NCBI GenBank assembly: GCA_004431415.1
Contig: QPMI01000564.1
Span: 186,001 to 250,000, forward strand
DNA length: 64,000 nucleotides
From: Cyanophora paradoxa CCMP329
Lineage: Eukaryota; Plantae; Glaucophyta
Reading direction: 5' to 3'
Shown: positions 58,013-64,000 of the stretch, one piece after another
Layout of the letters: the number at the start of each line of letters is the position of its first letter
Position numbering within the stretch: the stretch's first letter is position 1
Notes under the pieces: model-generated
The model's input: only the letters and a program-made list of their open reading frames with translations
Database searches by the model: none
Told to the model about the DNA's origin: nothing
Translations under genes and position numbers: made by a program

Positions 58013-58843
58013 CTAAAGAGTAGGAAAGAAATGCCAGTCGTTGTACTCGCAGATCCTGTTCCAAATCGAATCTAACTCCGAGAGTTTCTGCCTGCTCTTG
58101 AGCAAGGGAAAGTAGGGGAGGTGCTGGGGCAAATCTAGCAGCACGAAAATCTGCCTGAAAACGTAGTTGTAGTTGAGCATATTCTTCCTACCCTGCGACT
58201 TGAAAATGCTGAAGGGGACCTCCACCAGGGCGAACATCTCCTGCACCCGGTCCATATCCTCCGCGCTCATCGGAGGCGGGCGCTCGCCCGTGATGCGCCA
58301 CTTGATCTGCGCCCAGCGCTCGATGTACTTCTGCTGCTTCAGAGCCCGGAGAACTTGGCGGATATTGTCTTTGCTCCACTCCTTCCCTGCCATGCGCCTC
58401 GCAATAGCTGCCAGCACGTCCTCGGGTACAGGAGAATCCTCCAGGCAGTGCTGCTTAAGTCGCTCAGATACGTGGTACTTCCGCAGGTAGTTGCTGTGGA
58501 TTTCGCTGACAGCCAGGGGTTGATGATCCGGATAATAAAGATCCAGGACCAGACCGCAACCTTGGCAAACCAGATCCCCATCCAGGTGAACACCAACGAG
58601 GGCGGTAGAGCCGCAATTTCCGCAGGGGACAGCGGCTTCGCCTTGGGGGCCTTGGGTGCGGCGGTTGCGCTTGCGGGGGCGCTCTCCGGCCCCGAGGTAG
58701 GAGTTGGTGATGGCGGCGGCGGCGGCGGGGTACGGTGCCGGAGTGTCGAAGTCTGGGTCCCCCTCGTCGTGAAGGATGGCGCCGTAGCGCTGGATCTGCT
58801 CGAAGTTTCGGAGCAGGAGATCGATTTCGCCAGAGTCCGCCAT
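58013..58843 (-). CDS. Viral late transcription factor 3 (VLTF3/poxvirus A2-like)
   Basis: CGNCG..CQGCG Zn ribbon, YLRKYH, LKQQKYIE, RKNMLNYNYVFRQIF, YFPLLKSRQKL..DSIWNRIC..W.F.PT. Confidence 0.93.
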   Translation of the reverse strand: MADSGEIDLLLRNFEQIQRYGAILHDEGDPDFDTPAPYPAAAAAITNSYLGAGERPRKRNRRTQGPQGEAAVPCGNCGSTALVGVHLDGDLVCQGCGLVLDLYYPDHQPLAVSEIHSNYLRKYHVSERLKQHCLEDSPVPEDVLAAIARRMAGKEWSKDNIRQVLRALKQQKYIERWAQIKWRITGERPPPMSAEDMDRVQEMFALVEVPFSIFKSQGRKNMLNYNYVFRQIFVLLDLPQHLPYFPLLKSRQKLSELDSIWNRICEYNDWHFFPTL

Positions 58844-59063
58844 TCCTCCGAGTCCTCGTACTGCAGCTGCGCTATTCCCTTGCAGAAGTAGCAAACTGGC
58901 TTCACGCAATCGAGTGGGTCCCAGCCGCAGGTGAGCCCGCAGATGTGACAGAAGGCGTTGCTCAGGTGATTCATGTGAGGCTCAGGTGAGGTGTGAACGT
59001 ACCCCGGGGCCCCACGTGGAAGCTCACCCTAGCCTCGGAAAATTTTCTAGGCCTTGGTCTGAC

Positions 59064-59906
59064 ATGCTCAACCTCATCGCGAGGGGCGTAGCAGCAAACA
59101 GGCAAGCCCGCGCCCCGAACCCGCACCTCCGCATGGACGCCTCCGGCCGCTCCCGGGTAGAGACTCACATCGTGGTGGGCAACATCAACGACAAGGTGCT
59201 GGCACCCGACAAGACGTGGTTCCAGAAGGTGCTGGACGCGGCGCCCGTGAGGAAACTGAACGGAGAGGATCGGCCCCAGCGCGAGTCGAATTTCATGATC
59301 ACCATCCAGACCAACTACAAGCCGCGGAGCAGGGGAGAAGGCTCCAAGGTGCAGGACGCCTTTCACAGGGGGCTGGAGGCCCTCTTCTACGACGACAGGC
59401 AGCTGGCGCGGTGCATAAAGATGGGGGTGTACCCCGACAAGGCGAACCCCAAGGGCTTCGATTTCAAGTCCGACCAGTACGATACGCACGTGGAGAGGGG
59501 CAACGCGAACATCGGCATCGAGTACGGGCCGCGATCGGGGCGGCTCCACGCGCACATCCTGCTCACGCTGGTGCACTACTCGCGCGTGCAATTCGACGGC
59601 AAGCGGGCGTCGGATTTCCTCATCGATTTCATGCGGACGGAGGGGCAGGGCGGCCTGCCGAATTTTTACAAGGACGACTGGTTCGGAGAGGAGTACCAGA
59701 AGACGGCGGTGCGCCCGATACGGAGAAAGGACGCCCTCGGCATGCAGTGGACGGGCAAGGAGACGGGCTACAGGAAGCGAGAAACCGCCAGGCAGATGCA
59801 CGTAGATGTAAAATTGCTACCGCAGAGCAACCTCAAGGATCTGCTGCAGCTGTACATTACGAAGACGGTAGAGGCCCTCGAGACGGGTGCCGTAAAGCTC
59901 GTGTAA
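59064..59906 (+). CDS. HUH endonuclease (Rep-like), short
   Basis: Motif I NFMITIQTN, motif II IEYG..RLHAHILL, motif III LYITK. Confidence 0.82.
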   Translation: MLNLIARGVAANRQARAPNPHLRMDASGRSRVETHIVVGNINDKVLAPDKTWFQKVLDAAPVRKLNGEDRPQRESNFMITIQTNYKPRSRGEGSKVQDAFHRGLEALFYDDRQLARCIKMGVYPDKANPKGFDFKSDQYDTHVERGNANIGIEYGPRSGRLHAHILLTLVHYSRVQFDGKRASDFLIDFMRTEGQGGLPNFYKDDWFGEEYQKTAVRPIRRKDALGMQWTGKETGYRKRETARQMHVDVKLLPQSNLKDLLQLYITKTVEALETGAVKLV

Positions 59907-59929
59907 TTTTTTTCTTGTAGCCAATAAAT

Positions 59930-61906
59930 ATGCCTCCGAAGCGCCGAGGCCGCAAGAAGAAGCCGGAGAGCGAGTCCGAGGGGTCGGCGTACGAGGAAGA
60001 AGAGGAGAAGCCAGAGTCGGAATCAGAGGAAGAGGTAGAAGAGGAAGAGGCCGAGGATGAGCCGAAGCCAAAGGGGAAGCGGGGGAAGAAGATGAAGGAA
60101 AAGAAATACAACGAGCTCGATATGCCCATAGTCGAAATTCCAAAGCGGGCCGTGCTGGTCGAGGGCGAAAATGGGCAGATCATCGAAATGCAGAAGGGCA
60201 TCCCGGATGTAGTTAAAATTCTCGAGGATCCGATCACGCGCGTGCAGGTACCGGAAACCACTGCGCTCGACGCCTACTACGAAGATGCCACGTTCTGGAG
60301 CATCCACAGCAAGCAGTTCTACGACGCGCTGCCCGAGGAGCGCCTGCGGGCCATCCCGCGCGCCTTCCAGAGCGCCCAAAAATCGCCGCCCGTCTGCTAC
60401 CGCTGCCTGCGCCTCATGTACGAAATCCCGAGCATACCCCGCAAAAAGGGCACCGCGGAGGCCGTTGCGGAGGCGACCGCGAAGAAGGAGGCCGCGTACG
60501 CCGATTACGCGAAAAAGGTCGACAAGGCAAACGAGTGGGCGAAGGCGCAAAGGCCAAAAAACAAGTACCCCCCGATCAAAGACAAGAAGCCCGCACAGCT
60601 GCCCCCGGTGTACCCGAAGAACTCGTGGCTCTGCATGCAGTGCTACCGATTTCTGGACGAGCGCGGCCTCCTCGCGAATTTGGGCCTGCAGCGGCGCAAG
60701 AGGGGCGACACCACGGCCGTGTCGGCGCAGGCGCAGAATCAGATGGCGCAGACGGTGCTGGGCGGCCCGAAGCCGAAGGCCTCGAAATCCGCCAAGGATA
60801 TGGCCGCCGCCTTCGGCCAGTCGACCATCGCGCCGGGGTCGGGCCAGGAGAAAATTAGGAAGCAGGATATCGCCGCGCCCGACATGAGCAGGATCGACGA
60901 GATCCTGAGGAAATCGACCGAGGTGAGGGAGAACATAGAAAAGACGAAAACGGGGCTGCAGGCCGCGAGGGCCAACGGGCTGGAGGCGCTCGAAAAGGTC
61001 ATCACCGAAATCAACGAGACGGGTCGCTCGGTTTTCATCCTCAACAAAAAGAACGCCGACGGCAGCACGCGCTACGATATTCGTCAGGCGCGCCAGTCGC
61101 GGTACTGGGTGCTCTTCAACACACACAAGAGGCTGGGCGCCGCGAGAGAATTCGAGGTGGAGGCCTTCCGCGGCAGCCTGGCCCAGGTGCTCTCGGACGC
61201 CGAATTCTACAAGTTCATTCGATTTAATTTAAAGGAAGAGGACGGCAAGTACAAGGACGATACCTTTGCAAACGCCATCATCGGAATTCGCGTGCAGGGG
61301 GGCGTGGAAGTGGGGCCGACCGACGGCTGCTTGCACGCCCACGTGCTCGTCACGATCGATCACATATCGAACCTGCAGGTGCTCTGGGCAAAGTACGATT
61401 GGGTCGTGGTGCTCAAAGAAAAGGAGCCGGGTACGACAACCGTCTACGAGAGGCTGGGCGAAATTCTGGCCGGCAAATTCGCGGAGGCCGGAAGGAGGCT
61501 GGTGGAGCAGCTGCAGCAAGAGGCGGGGCAGGACGCGGAGAGAATCCTGCAGAACGCGGAGCTCATCGACGACCTGAACCGAGGGAGAATCGGCATGGGA
61601 AAAGACCCGCCCACCATCCTCGCCGAGCTGATCCCGGAGGAAAATTACGGCGGGCGGCTGCAGGAGTACCTCACGAAGACGCTGCCCGAGACGCAGCGGC
61701 GCGACCTGCTGAAGCAGTGGTCGCACGCGCGCAACCAGAATAACACCGACAACAACACGGACGGCTACCTCTTCTCCATCTTCCAGACGGAGTCCGCCCC
61801 TCGGACGATCCGCGCTTCGCGCCGCAGGCCGCCGAGATCGGAGGGCTGGGCCGCGGGCGCGGAAAGGGCAAGGGGCGCGGAAGGGGCAGGGGCCGCGGTT
61901 AATTAA
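59930..61906 (+). CDS. HUH endonuclease, long, with N-terminal acidic/basic region and two CxxC motifs
   Basis: YWVLFNT, VEVG..LHAHVLV, EYLTK; CYRC and CMQC. Confidence 0.78.
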   Translation: MPPKRRGRKKKPESESEGSAYEEEEEKPESESEEEVEEEEAEDEPKPKGKRGKKMKEKKYNELDMPIVEIPKRAVLVEGENGQIIEMQKGIPDVVKILEDPITRVQVPETTALDAYYEDATFWSIHSKQFYDALPEERLRAIPRAFQSAQKSPPVCYRCLRLMYEIPSIPRKKGTAEAVAEATAKKEAAYADYAKKVDKANEWAKAQRPKNKYPPIKDKKPAQLPPVYPKNSWLCMQCYRFLDERGLLANLGLQRRKRGDTTAVSAQAQNQMAQTVLGGPKPKASKSAKDMAAAFGQSTIAPGSGQEKIRKQDIAAPDMSRIDEILRKSTEVRENIEKTKTGLQAARANGLEALEKVITEINETGRSVFILNKKNADGSTRYDIRQARQSRYWVLFNTHKRLGAAREFEVEAFRGSLAQVLSDAEFYKFIRFNLKEEDGKYKDDTFANAIIGIRVQGGVEVGPTDGCLHAHVLVTIDHISNLQVLWAKYDWVVVLKEKEPGTTTVYERLGEILAGKFAEAGRRLVEQLQQEAGQDAERILQNAELIDDLNRGRIGMGKDPPTILAELIPEENYGGRLQEYLTKTLPETQRRDLLKQWSHARNQNNTDNNTDGYLFSIFQTESAPRTIRASRRRPPRSEGWAAGAERARGAEGAGAAVN

Positions 61907-61923
61907 TCTGACGCGCCCGCAAG

Positions 61924-62298
61924 ATGTTCCAGGGGGAATGCACCCACTCGGACGTCATCACCGTCGTATGCGGCGCGCTCTTCCTGATTTCCGAGCTGCT
62001 GGGCGGCACGGAGCGAGTGCGCCCCAACACCGTGCTGGGCGCCCTGAAGGCGGCGGCCCTTAGGGTCGTGCGCCGCGGGCAGCCCGAGCCCGAGCCCCCG
62101 CCCGAGCAGAGGCGCGAGAGCGTCCAGAACATAGGCCCGCACCACGTGGACATTCAGATGACGCAGACCGGTACGCGTTTTTTTCTAGAGAACATGGGAA
62201 ATGGAGACTCCCGCGACACCAGCCCCCAGCGCAGAGGTTCCAGCGCCCACCAACACCAGCACCAGCAGCAGCACCACGGCCTACCCTTGGCTTCTTAG
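61924..62298 (+). CDS. Hypothetical protein with N-terminal hydrophobic helix
   Basis: VITVVCGALFLISELL. Confidence 0.55.
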   Translation: MFQGECTHSDVITVVCGALFLISELLGGTERVRPNTVLGALKAAALRVVRRGQPEPEPPPEQRRESVQNIGPHHVDIQMTQTGTRFFLENMGNGDSRDTSPQRRGSSAHQHQHQQQHHGLPLAS

Positions 62299-62557
62299 GA
62301 CTTACGCGCGAAAGAAGCAGCAGCAGCCAAAGGCACCGGCGGAAATGGCGGCTGACCTGGATCGGTGCACCCGCCGCGCCATCGCGAGCTACGCCAAGCG
62401 GGTCGAGCAGTACCACCCCCGGATGGCAGAGGACGCCAGGGCGTACGCGAAAAACCCCGCCGCGAGCCCGCCCGTGATGGCCGCCGTCATCGACCGGCTG
62501 CAGTGGGCGCTGCACGAGGAGGGAGAGCGCGTCAGGAATTTCTTCATGCCCAAGTAA
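62201..62557 (+). CDS. Hypothetical protein
   Basis: 118-aa ATG ORF, upstream TTTTTTCTA. Confidence 0.6.
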   Translation: METPATPAPSAEVPAPTNTSTSSSTTAYPWLLRTYARKKQQQPKAPAEMAADLDRCTRRAIASYAKRVEQYHPRMAEDARAYAKNPAASPPVMAAVIDRLQWALHEEGERVRNFFMPK

Positions 62558-62585
62558 ATTTCTGAAAGGGGCCTTAAACCCGAGA

Positions 62586-62774
62586 ATGATGTCCCTGCCG
62601 AGCCTCGACAGCATCCTCAGCGATTCGCGCTACCTGGGCAGCCTCCTGACCCTCGGCGCCGTTGCGTACATGTCGCCCGCGCGCTACTACCTGCTGCGGA
62701 TCCTCCTCGCGCAATTCGCGGGCTACTACTTCGTGGGGCCCACCCTCCTGAACATGGGACCGAAGCGGGCTTAA
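62586..62774 (+). CDS. Small membrane protein
   Basis: 62 aa, two hydrophobic segments. Confidence 0.6.
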   Translation: MMSLPSLDSILSDSRYLGSLLTLGAVAYMSPARYYLLRILLAQFAGYYFVGPTLLNMGPKRA

Positions 62775-62803
62775 TTTCTCAGCCCCTCCTAAGGCCCTAA
62801 ATA

Positions 62804-63253
62804 ATGTCCTGCGTTAACCTCTACGTCCAGTCGAACGGAGAAACGCAGGATTCCGAGGGCTTCTGGCGCCTCAGGCTGAACCAGATCCCCTCCGACATCG
62901 ACACGCTGCAGATCAAGGGAGTCTACCTGGAGCTGGACACGACCGCGATTCCGGACCCCACCGCCGCGAAAACCGCAAACGTGCTGCTGATGGACGCGCC
63001 CGACTTGAACGTCACGACCATCTCGAACGTGAACGCGTGCATCAACAAGGTCGTGATTCCGACGTGGGGCCACGACGGCCTGGAAAACACCATCCTTTAC
63101 TGGTTCGAGGTGCCCATGGCCGTGCGCCCGAATTACGTCGCGTACGACAAATTCCAGGAGCTGCGCGTGCGCTTCACCGACATCACGGGCGCCACCAAGA
63201 AGAACAACGCCTTCATCGTCAAGAACTTCGGCCTCTGGGCCTACGCTAAGTAG
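62804..63253 (+). CDS. Putative single jelly-roll minor capsid (penton-like) protein
   Basis: Beta-rich 149 aa; pattern LYVQS..WRLRL..IDTLQIKGVYL..FQELRVRFTDITG. Confidence 0.55.
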   Translation: MSCVNLYVQSNGETQDSEGFWRLRLNQIPSDIDTLQIKGVYLELDTTAIPDPTAAKTANVLLMDAPDLNVTTISNVNACINKVVIPTWGHDGLENTILYWFEVPMAVRPNYVAYDKFQELRVRFTDITGATKKNNAFIVKNFGLWAYAK

Positions 63254-63282
63254 GCCGACTAGATTTTCGCAGGCCCCCTTAA

Positions 63283-63759
63283 ATGCGCCTGATCATATTC
63301 CCGCGAAAGGGCTCGGGCGTCAAGACGCGCACCTTTACGGGCGTGCCTGGCTACCCCTCGCCCCTTGCTTACAGAGTCGATCTTGTAACCGCCTCTGGTC
63401 CAATTAAATACGGGCTGCTGCACAGCCTCAGTCACATCCGTCTCGGTGAGAGCGCATGGCAGGACTTGGCCTTAATCGTAGAATTCGAGTACAGGGGGGT
63501 AGACACGCTAACGGGCGATCACTTTTACAGGGTGCGGGTAGCAAGGGAGGGGTACTCGCTGCCGAACGGCACGGGCGGGGAATACTGGGAGCCGAAAATA
63601 CGCGACGCCTCCGAGGCCTACCGCTGGCTGCGTGACGAGCAGATCACTATCAGGCCCGATTACCCCTACGCCGACGTTTTCTGGCAGGTGCCCGTGGGCC
63701 GTTGGACAACGGGCGAGGTGAGCGGCAAGCTGAAGTGGACGTGGGACGCGGAGCATTAG
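63283..63759 (+). CDS. Hypothetical beta-rich protein
   Basis: 158-aa ATG ORF. Confidence 0.65.
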   Translation: MRLIIFPRKGSGVKTRTFTGVPGYPSPLAYRVDLVTASGPIKYGLLHSLSHIRLGESAWQDLALIVEFEYRGVDTLTGDHFYRVRVAREGYSLPNGTGGEYWEPKIRDASEAYRWLRDEQITIRPDYPYADVFWQVPVGRWTTGEVSGKLKWTWDAEH

Positions 63760-63784
63760 TTAATTTTTCTCTCTCGCGGATAAA

Positions 63785-64000
63785 ATGTCGATGCTCGACG
63801 ACCCCTGGCGCATGGCCATCCCGAATCCGGACGAGGTGCTGAACGGCGCCTTCGCGATAGACGGGAGCCTGAGCGTGAGGGGAATTTACGCGGACGAGAT
63901 AAGGCTGCGCAAGGGCGCGACCTACAGCGATTTCCTGACGTCCGTCGGTACCTTGGACGATTACGGTGACCTCACCGCAATTATCAAGGGGCTCTGGGGC
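63785..64000 (+). CDS. Start of an ORF running off the window
   Basis: MSMLDDPWRMAIPNP.. open to the end; upstream AATTTTTTCT. Confidence 0.6.
   Translation, partial: MSMLDDPWRMAIPNPDEVLNGAFAIDGSLSVRGIYADEIRLRKGATYSDFLTSVGTLDDYGDLTAIIKGLWG

Larger units (their letters stand above)
31240..64000. mobile_element. Endogenous mriyavirus/Yaravirus-like dsDNA virus (small Nucleocytoviricota relative); right end outside the window
   Basis: Co-occurrence of NCLDV-type MCP, A32 ATPase, VLTF3, RuvC, two HUH endonucleases, SF3 helicase, SSB, YqaJ and penton-like genes in a compact layout. Left boundary approximate. Confidence 0.85.

Noticed and set aside
31240-64000. Ordinary Polinton-like virus continuous with the AT-rich part
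   Set aside because: The GC and CpG discontinuity, truncated primase, different upstream motifs and NCLDV-type MCP/VLTF3/RuvC argue for a separate element.

Overview
Eukaryotic (protist/algal-type, very GC-rich, many short introns) genomic DNA carrying nested mobile elements. 1-21.9 kb: host genes (a thiol/halide methyltransferase, unknown Ala-rich genes, a large Venus-flytrap + Cys-rich + multi-TM receptor-like gene, and the 3' part of a GAIN/GPS-domain gene). ~21.94-31.24 kb: an AT-rich, CpG-poor Polinton/Maverick- or virophage-like element with a repeat-rich end, rve integrase, protein-primed PolB and a Prim-Pol/D5-type primase. That primase is cut off at ~31.24 kb by a GC-rich element running past the window end. 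The GC-rich element has the gene set of a small Nucleocytoviricota relative of the Yaravirus/mriyavirus type: NCLDV-type major capsid protein, A32 packaging ATPase, VLTF3, RuvC/A22 resolvase, two HUH endonucleases, SF3 helicase, SSB, a YqaJ fragment and a penton-like protein. No DNA polymerase, RNA polymerase or integrase of its own is visible. Its left-arm genes have spliceosomal introns, while the structural genes are intronless and share an upstream WTTT(T)CT motif. A MITE sits in one viral exon, and a 124-bp inverted repeat lies mid-element. Several genes carry single-base frameshifts, many in homopolymer runs, which may be assembly errors. All family calls come from motif recognition by eye; no searches were run and the host species cannot be determined from this window.
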